The notes below the pieces were generated by a model. That model was not told the DNA's origin, made no database searches, and saw nothing but the letters and a program-made list of their open reading frames with translations. 64,000 bases of DNA from an uncultured delta proteobacterium (lineage in GTDB: Bacteria > Desulfobacterota > RBG-13-43-22), in NCBI GenBank assembly GCA_963843145.1, contig CAWJJC010000003.1, forward strand, positions 117,462 through 181,461, in the 5' to 3' direction. The translations under genes were made by a program, and so were the position numbers. Shown here piece by piece: positions 54,868-64,000 of this stretch; position 1 is the stretch's first letter, and the number at the start of each line of letters is the position of its first letter.

Positions 54868-55126
54868 ATCGTTTCCGCTGAGTTTTCAGATCGGCAATTA
54901 AATCTTCTAGAGATAACCCTTCCTTTTCCAACTCTTTTTCCATCTCCCTGGCCAGAAAAGCCCGTTCCAGGCGTCGGGGGGTCATAATCAATACCTTTCC
55001 CACCCGCAAAACATTCAGGCCCGTTGTTTCATCTATCTTCAAGGCTACTCGCAGCTCTTGCGGTATGGTAATTTGCCCTCGCGATCGCATTCGGATGAGC
55101 TTAGGTAAGGTTCCATATTCTTCCAT
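54839..55126 (-). CDS. AbrB/MazE-family antitoxin
   Basis: RGQITIPQELRVAL; overlaps the PIN gene start. Confidence 0.88.
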   Translation of the reverse strand: MEEYGTLPKLIRMRSRGQITIPQELRVALKIDETTGLNVLRVGKVLIMTPRRLERAFLAREMEKELEKEGLSLEDLIADLKTQRKRYASEALPRE

Positions 55127-55147
55127 TTACTATTCCTCCTATTCAGA

Positions 55148-55168
55148 TAATCAGAATATATCTGATTA
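55148..55168. promoter_or_regulatory. Palindromic operator of the AbrB-PIN locus
   Basis: TAATCAGA-atata-TCTGATTA just upstream of the antitoxin start. Confidence 0.6.
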
Positions 55169-55306
55169 CTTTATTTTTCTCAATGGAAATTAATATTATT
55201 TCAAGAAAAACCTTGAGGAAGGATGAAATATCTTTAATAATCACGGATCGGGTTGGCCCTTATTAGGCGGGAGGAGCCTTCCAGACTAAAAATATTTCAA
55301 AAACAA

Positions 55307-56576
55307 ATGGAGATTTCAAGAAAATCTGAAAACCATGCCGGAAGAAAAAATCCCGGGGAGACCCCCTGGGGAAAGGTCTTTCTGCTGGTTGGGGCCGGGG
55401 TGGTCGCCTCCTTTCAGATCGGCAAGGTACCGCCGGTTTTGCCGGGGATCCGGGCCGACCTGCAGATGAGCCTGTTTCTGGTCAGTTGGGTCCTCGCCAT
55501 TTTTAACCTCACCGGGCTGTTCCTCGGCCCGGTGGCCGGGGCCCTGGCCGATCGTCTGGGGCACCGCCGGCTGCTGGTCTGGGGTCTGGTGATCCAGGCG
55601 GGTGGCAGCCTGGTCGGCGCCTGGGCGGGAAGTCCGGCTGTGTTGCTGGGGACCCGCGTCCTGGAGGGGCTCGGGTTTTTGATCATCGCCACAGCGGCCC
55701 CGGCCTTGATTTTTAAGATCGTCCGGTCGGATCAAATCCGGTTGGCCTTGGGCTTCTGGAGCGCCTTCGTACCCATCGGAATGACCCTGATCATGTTCGG
55801 GTCCCCTTTAGTCCTCGGTTTTTCCGGGTGGCGGGGGCTCTGGCGGGCCAATGCGTTGATCCTTTTGGCTTACGCCCTGGTGCTGTCTATCCGGACGCGG
55901 GGCTTGAGCCGGAACGCCAAAGGTCCGAAGGCCGGCTGGAGGCTCATCCTGGAGGATGTTGTTAAAACAGCCTCGGCCCCCGGCCCGATTGTGCTGGCCC
56001 TGATTTTTTCCACTTATGCCCTGGAGTGGGTAACGGTCATGGGCTTCTTCCCCACGTTGCTGATGGAGAACCGCGGGTTCCAGGCTGGGTCCTCCTCTTT
56101 ACTGACGGCGATTATGGTGGCCGTGAATATTCCCGGGAATCTTACGGGGGGCTGGCTCCTGCAAAGGGGCCTGCCGCGTTGGCGGATCATCGCCTTTTCC
56201 AGTCTGGTCATGGCGGCGTGCAGCTTGTTTATATTTAATTCCGGAGCTTCCTTCGCACTCCAGTACTTGTCCTGTCTGATTTTCAGCGGAGTGGGGGGGA
56301 TGATCCCGGCCGCGCTCTTCGGGGGTGCCCCGGTTTTTGCCCCCAGCCTTAAGCTGGTGGCCACCACCAACGGTTTGATCGTCCAGGGTTCCCAGTTGGG
56401 TCAGGTTATTGGGCCGCCGCTGCTGGCCTGGATGGTGTCCGCCACCGGCACCTGGCAGACGGCCCCCTGGCTGTTGGTCACTTCGGCTTTGTCTGGGGAC
56501 ATCCCTGTCCCTGGTCCTGGCCGTTTTAGAAGAAGAAATCCCGTCCCGACTGATTCCTACGTTTTCTATTCGTTGA
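55307..56576 (+). CDS. MFS transporter (CynX-like), 1-nt frameshift near 56490
   Basis: GALADRLGHRR (MFS motif A) and many TMs; the last helix LGTSLSLVLAVLE continues in another frame to TGA 56576. Confidence 0.82.
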
Positions 56577-56610
56577 CAAGAATATATGACTATAGTACCA
56601 TGACTATGGT
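56573..56610 (+). promoter_or_regulatory. Promoter/operator of the phd-vapC locus
   Basis: TTGACA-17 nt-TACCAT overlapped by ATGACTAT direct repeats and the ACCAT-gact-ATGGT palindrome. Confidence 0.6.
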
Positions 56611-56644
56611 TATTATTGAAAAGGTTCATATCAGGAGGATGACC

Positions 56645-56878
56645 ATGGAACAAACGGTTTCCAAATCTAAATTTAAACCCCAGGCGCTGGAATACTTCCG
56701 CCTGGTGGAAAAAAGTGGGGAACCCCTGATTATTACGGATCGAGGCAAACCAGTACTCAAGATTTTGCCTTATTCCCAGCAAGTTTTTAAAGGACTGGGG
56801 AGCTTGCGGGATTCGGTGATTAAATACGAAAACCCCTTGGAGCCGGTCGGGCTGGAAGATTGGGAGCATCTCAAATGA
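56645..56878 (+). CDS. Phd/YefM family antitoxin
   Basis: VSKSKFKPQALEYFRLVEKSGEPLIITDRGKPV; own AGGAGG SD at 56633. Confidence 0.88.
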   Translation: MEQTVSKSKFKPQALEYFRLVEKSGEPLIITDRGKPVLKILPYSQQVFKGLGSLRDSVIKYENPLEPVGLEDWEHLK

Positions 56879-57269
56879 TCGTTCTAGACACGCACGTCTG
56901 GATCTGGTGGGTGAGCAACCCTGATTTGCTTTCTTCGGGGGCCAGGATTTTGATAGACAAGGCCGTGGTGGAAAAAAAATCTATATTTCCTCCATGAGCG
57001 TCTGGGAAGTGGCCATGCTGGTCGCGAAAGGTCGGTTGCAGTTGGCCATGGAGTTAGGGGACTGGATCCGAGCCTCTGAAGCCCTGTCTTTTATCCAATT
57101 TGTCCCAGTCACCAATGCCATCGCCCTTAAAGCGGTCCGCCTGCCCCTGAAATCACTGATCGATCCGGTAGACCGAATTATTGTTGCCACTGCCCTGGCT
57201 TTAGATCTGGTCTTGCTCACCAAAGATAAGAAAATTCAAAAAGAGGCCCCTGTAAAAACGGCCTGGTAG
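56875..57269 (+). CDS. vapC: VapC PIN toxin, frameshifted at an A8 run (56972-56979)
   Basis: MIVLDTHVWIWW.. then ..IYISSMSVWEVAML..DPVDRIIVATA..LLTKD in a second frame; ATGA overlap with the antitoxin. Confidence 0.85.
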
Positions 57270-57306
57270 AATCATAGACCTAAGGGGAAGATGGAAATAA
57301 TACTAA

Positions 57307-57335
57307 TTGACACGAAAATCGTGAATTAATAAAAT
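57307..57335 (+). promoter_or_regulatory. Sigma70 promoter with operator for the third TA locus
   Basis: TTGACA-17 nt-TAAAAT; CACGA-aaa-TCGTG palindrome overlapping the -35 and spacer. Confidence 0.7.
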
Positions 57336-57341
57336 AGTGTT

Positions 57342-57572
57342 ATGAAAAATGTCACTATCGCGCTGGATGAAAAAGTGGCCCGCTGGGCACGGGTCCGAGC
57401 GGCTGAACAGGATACCAGCCTTTCCCGTCTGATTGGGGAAATGCTTCGCCTGAAAATGGTCGAGGAGGAAAATTATCTGAACGCCAAAGAAAAATATTTC
57501 TCCCAGCCTTCGGGAAATCTGAAGAAACCCGGCGCCAAATACCCCCGACGAGAAGAACTTCATGTCCGATAA
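57342..57572 (+). CDS. Ribbon-helix-helix (CopG-like) antitoxin
   Basis: MKNVTIALDEKVARWARVRAAEQDTSLSRLIGEML...PRREELH. Confidence 0.85.
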   Translation: MKNVTIALDEKVARWARVRAAEQDTSLSRLIGEMLRLKMVEEENYLNAKEKYFSQPSGNLKKPGAKYPRREELHVR

Positions 57573-57755
57573 TATTTTTGTGGACAGGATCGATACCGGC
57601 TCTCCTGGTGGGATTCCTTAATCGTGGCCGCAGCCCGGGTAGCCGGATGCCGCTTTCTCCTTACTGAAGATCTCCAGGAATTCCAAAAATTCGATAAATT
57701 GCAGGTGATCAACCCTTTCTCACAGGAACCGGGTTCCCTCCCGTTGTCTCAATAA
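57562..57755 (+). pseudogene. PIN toxin with large internal deletion
   Basis: MSDNIFVD joined out of frame to QDRYRLSWWDSLIVAAA..LLTEDLQ..VINPF; the middle is absent. Confidence 0.85.
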
Positions 57756-57814
57756 GAGGTTAATGTCATTGAAGGGGACCTGGCGGCATTAAAAGCTGAA
57801 GAGTGAATGGTGAG

Positions 57815-58375
57815 ATGAAAAATAGAGAGGCGGTTCAAATAGAACTGCTTGGCGAGGGCCATCTTCCGGCGGCGCTGCGGCTTACGGAACAGTCCCAGTG
57901 GAATCAGACCGAGCGCGACTGGCGGAGGCTGCTTCAATTCTCGCCCGGAGGTGGCTTCGGGGTCTTCCGACCGGCGGTTTGCGCCTTCGATCGTCTGGCC
58001 TTCGGCGCTGATCGAAGTTGCCTTCTGGCTTCGTTGATAGCCGATTCCCCGGTGGCGCCGTTGGTCGCCATGACCCCGGAAGGTCAACTGGAGGGCTTTG
58101 CCCTGGCCCGGCCGGGCCGCCGGGCCTTCTATATCGGTCCGGTAGCGGCGCGGGGCCGAGAGACGGCCCTCGTCCTTTTAGACGGAATGCTGGGACAACT
58201 GGCCGGCGAAAAGGTCTACCTGGATTTCAATATCGGCTTCGGACTGAGTCCCGAAGTGCTGGCCGAACGGGAGTTGGTTAAGCAGCGGGATTTGACGCAG
58301 ATGGCCTTCGGCCCGGAAAGCCGAGCGGGAATATCGAAGCGGATTTTTGGCCTGACCGGGCCGGAGATGGGCTGA
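57815..58375 (+). pseudogene. Two-domain GNAT acetyltransferase with probable internal deletion
   Basis: N-terminal WNQTERDWRRLL..GGF jumps to second-domain FDRLAFGADRS..IGPVAA; no acetyl-CoA R/QxxGxG motif visible. Confidence 0.6.
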
Positions 58376-58391
58376 ACCGGTGGCGAAAGAT

Positions 58392-58973
58392 CTAATCCTT
58401 AAAGACCGACTCCAACTGGATGACCAGTCCCTCTAATAATCCAACAGGGAGACTATCTTCTTCCGTGTAAACTTCGGGGCGGCCGTACCGGCCGTCATTT
58501 CCCAAGATAAATACCACCACGGTCTTGGCCGCCGGATCGACGATCCAATATTCTCGGACCCCGAATTCCTCGTATAACGAAAATTTATCTTTCCAGTCCC
58601 GGCGGCTGGTGCCCGGGGAGAGGATTTCAATAATCAGATCCGGGGCCCCGAGGCACCCCCTTTCATCCAAGCGGACCGGGTCGCAAATCACTGAAATGTC
58701 AGGCTGAACGACCGTGAGTATATCCTCATCCTTTTCGGTTGAATCGCCCAGCCGAATATCAAAAGGCGCGGCATAGACCCGGCAGGCTTTGCCTAAAAGG
58801 AAATTGGAGAACTGGCGGGTCAGTTCGACACTGATTTCCTGGTGTCTCCGGGGAGGTGCGGGAGTCATCAGATACGCTTCCCCCCTAAAGATTTCCCATC
58901 GTTGGTCCTTATCCCAGGTTTGGTAATCCCGGTAGGAAAAACCGGTTTTTTTCACCCCGATGGCCGGTCCCAT
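58392..58973 (-). CDS. Uma2 family PD-(D/E)xK endonuclease
   Basis: WEIFRGE, HQEIS, VQPDISV, APDLIIEILSPGT, GVREYWIVDP. Confidence 0.93.
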   Translation of the reverse strand: MGPAIGVKKTGFSYRDYQTWDKDQRWEIFRGEAYLMTPAPPRRHQEISVELTRQFSNFLLGKACRVYAAPFDIRLGDSTEKDEDILTVVQPDISVICDPVRLDERGCLGAPDLIIEILSPGTSRRDWKDKFSLYEEFGVREYWIVDPAAKTVVVFILGNDGRYGRPEVYTEEDSLPVGLLEGLVIQLESVFKD

Positions 58974-59042
58974 ATTTCTCCTTTTCCCAGACGGTTAAAA
59001 AGATTGGGATGATAGAAAGTATAACAACTCGGCGGGCAATTA

Positions 59043-59399
59043 TCAATTTTCTTTTTTGAAAAAATCGATCACCTGCCGATTGAATTTGGAGGCAAATTCC
59101 ATAGCGATATATCTTCCCATGGAAATACCGAGCACATGGGCGGAGGACAGGCCTAAGCCTTTCATCAAGGCGGCCGTGTCGTCGGCAAAGAGGGGAATGG
59201 AATAGTCCGTGGCCGGCTGGTCCGAGCGACCCGCGCCCCGGTTGTCGAATACCGGCACTTGAAATTGTTCCGACAACGTAGGGATCTGGCAGTACCACCA
59301 CTCGGCGTTCCGCCGAAGCCCCATGATCAGGACCAGCGGTTCGCCTTTTCCGTGGATTTCATAATGGAGGTCAATTCCGTTGGCTTTTATTTTCGGCAT
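59043..59399 (-). pseudogene. Alpha/beta hydrolase with internal deletion
   Basis: ANGIDLHYE, DNRGAGRS and GISMG fused directly to the terminal KFNRQVIDFF; acid/His triad region missing. Confidence 0.8.
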
Positions 59400-59498
59400 A
59401 GGAATAAAGGACACCCCTTCCAGCCAAACCATTCGACTTTACTATTTTCCCGGCCGCCCGGGCCATATTCTTTTTCGTCTTCCCCGAGGTTTGAATGG

Positions 59499-59839
59499 TT
59501 ATATTTGGCAAAGGTTGGTACTGATTTTTTTAAGAATCACCAGTTGATCATGGATTGATAGTTCTTCGAAATCCTCCAATAACCTTTCCACGGGTGAAGC
59601 GCTGAGGCTTTTATTGAATTGGTCAAATTTTGACAATTGGGCCTGATTTAGACGCCCTTCTCTTAATAAAACATTTTCATTTTGAAACGTAGGATCGCAA
59701 AACAAGTCCAGCGAGAGGGTTATGATATCTCCTTCCGGGTTGACCAGTAGGGCCGAATGTATCTTCGTTGTATTCAATTACGATAAATTCTCTCCCCGGA
59801 TCTTTTATTTCTTAATACCTCCATGGTCTTCGCTATCAT
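59499..59839 (-). CDS. Small hypothetical protein, apparently two frameshifts
   Basis: GGAGG SD then [15 protein letters not shown] / [10 protein letters not shown] / [19 protein letters not shown] in three frames. Confidence 0.45.
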
Positions 59840-59867
59840 CGCCTTCCTCCAATTACCAAAATTTTCA

Positions 59868-60255
59868 CGACCACCACCGGCAGCGCCACGGCCATCGCGC
59901 TGATCTATCCCGATCTCAAGGGCAAGCTGAACGGCCATGCCGTGCGCGCGCCGGTGCTGAACGCCAGCCTCACCGATTGCGTGTTCGAACTGAAGCGCAA
60001 GACGACGGAGGCCGAGGTCAACGGGCTGTTCGCCGCCGCCGCCGCGCGGGGCGCTGGCCGGCATCCTGGGCTTCGAGGCGCGGCCGCTGGTCTCGGTCGA
60101 CTACTGCAACGATACGCGCAGCGCGATCGTCGACGGGCCCAGCACGATGGTGACGGACGGCACGCTGCTCAAGGTCTACGCCTGGTACGACAACGAGATC
60201 GGCTATGCCTGCCGCATGGTCGATCTCGCCAACCTCGTGATCGGCGGAGGCGTGA
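59868..60255 (+). CDS. ArsJ-associated GAPDH, C-terminal part only, frameshifted
   Basis: [40 protein letters not shown]...[16 protein letters not shown]; N-terminal part absent. Confidence 0.88.
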
Positions 60256-61488
60256 TGGCACGCGAGCGACCCGCCACTATCTGATCGTCACGGCGTCCTA
60301 CTGGGGCTTCACCCTGGTCGACGGCGCGCTGCGCATGCTGGTGCTGCTGCATTTCTTCAAGCTCGGCTATTCGCCGTTCACGCTGGCCTTCCTGTTCCTG
60401 CTCTACGAATTCGCCGGCATCGTCGCCAATCTGGGCGGCGGCTGGCTGGCGACGCGCTTCGGCATCCCGCGCATGCTGGCGGTCGGCCAGGCGCTGCAGG
60501 TCGCGGGCCTCGTCATGCTGTCGGCGCTCGATCCGGGCTGGACCGCCGCGGCGTCCGTCGCCTGGGTGGTGGCGGCCCAGGGCATCGCCGGCCTCGCGAA
60601 GGACTTCACCAAGACCGCCTCGAAGTCGGCGATCAAGGCGACGTCGGCCGAGGGCGCCGGGCCAGCTCTTCAAGTGGGTCGCCTATTTCACCGGCTCGAA
60701 GAACGCGATGAAGGGCATCGGCTTCTTCTTCGGCGGCCTGCTGCTCGACGTCGTGGGCTTTCGGCCGCGCGCTGTGGCTGATGGCGGCGGTGATCGGCGT
60801 CATCTTCGCTGGCCGGGCTGCCGCTCCTGCCGCGCGAGCTCGGCAAGGCGAAGCCGTCGAGGACGATGCGCGAGTTCTTCGCCAAGTCGCGCGGCGTCAA
60901 TCTGCTGGCGGCGGCGCGCGTGTTCATGTTCGGCGCGCGCGAAGTGTGGTTCGTCGTCGGCCTGCCGGTGTTCCTCTACGCCGCCGGCTGGCGCTTCGTC
61001 GAGGTCGGCGGCTTCCTCGCGGCCTGGACGATCGGCTACGGCGTCGATCCAGGCGGTCGCGCCCCTCGCTCGTCGCGCGCAGCCCGGACGGCCTCAGCCG
61101 GGAGGTGCCGCATGCGCGGCTGTGGGCCGGCCTGCTGACCGCCGTGCCGCTCGTTCTGGCGCTGCTGCTCGCGACCGAACCTGTGGCGGCCCGACCTCGT
61201 GGTGGTCGCCGGCCTGGCGCTGTTCGGCCTGCCGTTCGCGGTCAATTCCTCGCTGCATTCCTACCTGATCCTGGCCTATGCCGGCTCGGAGAAGGCGGCC
61301 GAGGATGTCGGCTTCTACTACGCCGCGAACGCCGCCGGCCGCCTGGTCGGCATCCTGCTGTCCGGCGCGCTCTATCAGGTGGGCGGCATGTCGGCCTGCC
61401 TCGCCGGGTCGGCCGCGATGCTCGCCGCCTGCTGGGCGATCACGTTCCTGTTGCCGGTGCGCCTCGCGGAAGCCGCCGCGCCGGCTGA
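60255..61488 (+). CDS. arsJ: Organoarsenical efflux MFS transporter ArsJ, several frameshifts; end approximate
   Basis: [61 protein letters not shown] across frames; follows GAPDH. Confidence 0.88.
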
Positions 61489-61511
61489 CCGACGACCGCA
61501 ACGGCTGAGCA

Positions 61512-61697
61512 CTACGATTGCTGCCCGAAGGAAGTACTGAGGCGCACGCTGTGCGGCGGATCGCCATCGCCGACGAACCAGCCCCGGTCGATCGCGCGCT
61601 GCACGGCGACTTCGGCGACATCGTCGTCAAGGCCGAGGCGATGGGCGATGTCGTGCACAGTGACCCAGCGCATGGGCCGGCCGCCCGTTACCCGCAC
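61512..61697 (-). CDS. Small hypothetical protein, possible winged helix
   Basis: WVTVHDIAHRLGLDDDVAEVAVQRAIDRGWF; high-GC codon usage. Confidence 0.45.
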   Translation of the reverse strand: MRVTGGRPMRWVTVHDIAHRLGLDDDVAEVAVQRAIDRGWFVGDGDPPHSVRLSTSFGQQS

Positions 61698-61824
61698 GAT
61701 ATCGTCCCGAATGGCGACGGCCGCGCGCTCCGATCCTTGCTTGTGCTCGCGATGATTTTATCGAGCATCCCCGGAAGCGTCCATCCTAACAACGCCGGGG
61801 CTCGTGTCGGGAGTTGCGCGACGA

Positions 61825-61841
61825 TGGCGTCCCCAACGGGA
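61825..61841 (-). mobile_element. att site: 3'-terminal fragment of tRNA-Glu
   Basis: Reverse strand TCCCGTTGGGGACGCCA is a T-stem/acceptor/CCA end without the rest of the tRNA, about 100 nt before an integrase. Confidence 0.75.
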
Positions 61842-61906
61842 CCGGGCGAAGGCGAAGCGGAAAGCCCGCATATTACATGATCTATTGAGTTTTGCGGCGG
61901 GGTGAT

Positions 61907-61929
61907 GTACCCCAAACACGTACTCCAAA
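61907..61929 (+). repeat. Candidate integrase arm-type sites
   Basis: Direct repeat GTACCCCAAA / GTACTCCAAA between att and the integrase start. Confidence 0.5.
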
Positions 61930-61945
61930 ACAGCGAGCCTAATCT

Positions 61946-63311
61946 GTGTCCACCGCCAAGCCCACCGGCACCCGCTATCTGTACATCCAACGCCGCAAGT
62001 ACTGGGCTCGCTTCGGTATCCCTGCCGATGTGCGCGAGGCCTTTGGGGGCCGCTCGGAGCACTGGGAAAATCTGAATACGGACCACTTACGCACCGCCAA
62101 GCTCGCGTCCACCGCGCCGCCTCCGACTTCCACTCGACGGTCCGCGAGGCTCGCGGTCGAGGTGACGCTGTCGTCGAAGATGCCCTGCACTGGCGCAAGA
62201 TGATCGAAGAGGTTCGCCAGAAGGGAAGCGACCCCGACGAGATGGGCCCGGGCGACATGGTCGACTTCGCAGTCCAGGCTGCGGCCGACAAATACGTGCC
62301 TGGAGGGTTCAAGGCCGTGGCGCGGGCCGCCTATCTGTTCCACGAGGGCTCCGAGGGTGACGCCCTGCTGGCGCTAGGTGGGCCCAAGGCCAAGGCTTTC
62401 GTGGACATTGCCTTGGGCGGCCAGAAGCCCCTCGCCCCCTTTGTCACCCCTTGGGCCGCCGTTCGCGTGACCGAGGTTGAGCCTAAGACCGCAGCCATGG
62501 ATAAAGCCGCCGTCCTTCGCTTCGTGGGGACCTTCCCGCTGGCCAGCGACGTGACCAAGGCCGCCGTGGCCGATTGGATCGAGCGTCGCAAGGGCGACGT
62601 GTCCGCCGCCTCGGTGCAGCGGGAAGTCACGGGCATACGGTCCTTCTGGTCCTACTTGCAGACGCGGTCGGAAGTCTCCGAGGACCTCGCCCCATTCGCA
62701 GGGCTCCGCTTCAAGGACAGGCGCAAGGACCGGGCCAGCGCCCGCCGTGTGGCCTTCAAGGGTCCTGAAGTGTCCGCGCTGTACGCCGCAGCACTCAGGG
62801 CCGAGGACCAACAACTCGCCGACCTCATCGCCCTTGCCGCGTATACCGGGGCTCGACGGGAGGAGCTGGCGGCACTCAGGGTCGACAACGTATCGTGGAC
62901 TGGCGGCGGCTGGATCGCCATCAAGGGGGCCAAGACCGACGCGGGCAACAGAGAGGTGCCAATCCACAATGCCGCCGCCCCGATCCTAAGGCGTCTCATG
63001 GGCAAGCGGTCGAGCGGCTTGGTATTCGACGGACTTGAGGGGGACCAATGGGGCCGCCGAGGGGACGTGCTGGGAAGCGGTTCACGAGGCTCAAGGCGTC
63101 GCTGGGGCATGGGCCTGACAAGACCTTCCATTCCATCCGTCACACGTTCTCGCAACTCATGCGCGGTCACGACGTGAGCGAGGACCTGATCGCGGACCTC
63201 ATGGGGCACAAGATCGCGACGATGACCGGCGGGAGGTACGGGAGCCCGGCTGCGCGGCGTAAACTGTTGCCGAGTGCGCTGGCGAGGTTGAAGTATCCGA
63301 GGCCGCTATAA
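61946..63311 (+). CDS. Tyrosine recombinase/integrase with DUF6538-like N-terminus, frameshifted
   Basis: YLYIQRRKYWARFGIPADVR N-domain; catalytic YTGARREE, KTDAG, FHSIRH, LMGH, RY split over three frames. Confidence 0.88.
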
Positions 63312-63324
63312 TGGGCGTCGAAAG

Positions 63325-64000
63325 ATGGGCCAAGCCAAGAACCGCTTGAAGCGAATGCAGAGTGAGCAGCCCTGGTGCGTCTACTGCGGAGCAACAACGC
63401 TCGGCACATCGGTTGACCACATGCCGCCCATCGCCATCTTCGACAACCGCCAACGCTACGGCGACATGGTCTATCTCGCTTGTAAGGCCTGCCACACCGG
63501 CACCCGTCCGCTTGACCACGTCGCCAGTTTCTTCTCCAGAGTGTATCCCGACCCCAATACCCCGGAGACACGTCAGGAGATGGTCGAGGTAGTTCACAGC
63601 ATTGAGAACAATTTCCCTGGCCTTCTAGCCGAGTTGCGGCCAACCCCTGAGCAGATAGCAGAGGCCAGCCACCCTCCCAGTCCGTTCGGCCAAGACGATA
63701 GGCCATTGAACCTCAGCGAGCGGGCTCACGACTTCCTGTTGCAGTTTGGCGCGAGGGCAGCGTTGGCCCTGCACTACGAGCTGGCGTCGAGAGGTCCTTC
63801 CCAAAGGCGGCGGCGTGTTTGTTAGCCTGTTCACCAATCAGGTCCTCTTCACAGACACATTCCCCAACGACTTCGCGGCGTTGCTGGGCCCTCCGCAGAC
63901 CCTGAGGCAGGGCGGCAAGTCCCTAGAGGGGCAATTCCGGTATTCAAGCCGAGCCACAGAAGAAGGACGTATGTCGGCACACCTCGTTACGTTCAGACAG
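63325..64000 (+). CDS. HNH-like Zn-binding protein, frameshift near 63800, 3' partial
   Basis: CVYCG..DHMPP..ACKACH; a second frame is open to the window end. Confidence 0.6.

Noticed and set aside
55253-56878. 541-aa ORF suggesting a novel MFS-antitoxin fusion
   Set aside because: One extra base near 56490 explains it: the last MFS helix continues in another frame, and the antitoxin has its own promoter and SD.
56972-56979. A8 run in vapC as programmed frameshift or phase variation
   Set aside because: It lies where other single-base indels start to accumulate; a homopolymer sequencing error is simpler. Not excluded without reads.
59868-63311. gap, arsJ and integrase as true pseudogenes or recoding cases
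   Set aside because: Many scattered 1-nt indels with intact motifs point to uncorrected read error.

Overview
Bases 1 to about 59,865 look like a Desulfobacterota (deltaproteobacterial) chromosome. They carry the full translation/transcription supercluster (tRNA-Thr/Tyr/Gly/Thr, tuf, rpmG, tRNA-Trp, secE, nusG, rplKAJL, rpoBC, str, S10, spc and alpha operons; 1.7-35.7 kb). Housekeeping genes follow (ubiE/menG, lepA, trkAH, hemW, crotonase, tldD/tldE, O-methyltransferase, plsY). Next come a sigma54-controlled oxygen-defence block (Cys-motif PAS activator, enhancer/IHF/-24-12 promoter, cydAB, rubrerythrin-like gene) and a decaying patch of three PIN toxin-antitoxin loci and internally deleted genes. 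At about 59,866 the sequence switches abruptly, in the middle of a gene, to frameshift-rich high-GC DNA: ArsJ-associated GAPDH and arsJ, a tRNA-Glu 3'-end att site, a tyrosine integrase and an HNH-like gene. This is most likely an assembly or read chimera. Best candidates for something new: (1) a putative Fe-S/redox-sensing sigma54 activator wired to cytochrome bd; (2) a four-layer nested set of miniature palindromic elements inserted at TGAGC between lepA and trkA, alongside other intergenic inverted 7/8-mer arrays; (3) a four-hairpin insertion between rpmD and rplO; (4) a tandem pair of unknown exported paralogues. All calls come from reading the sequence; no database searches were run.
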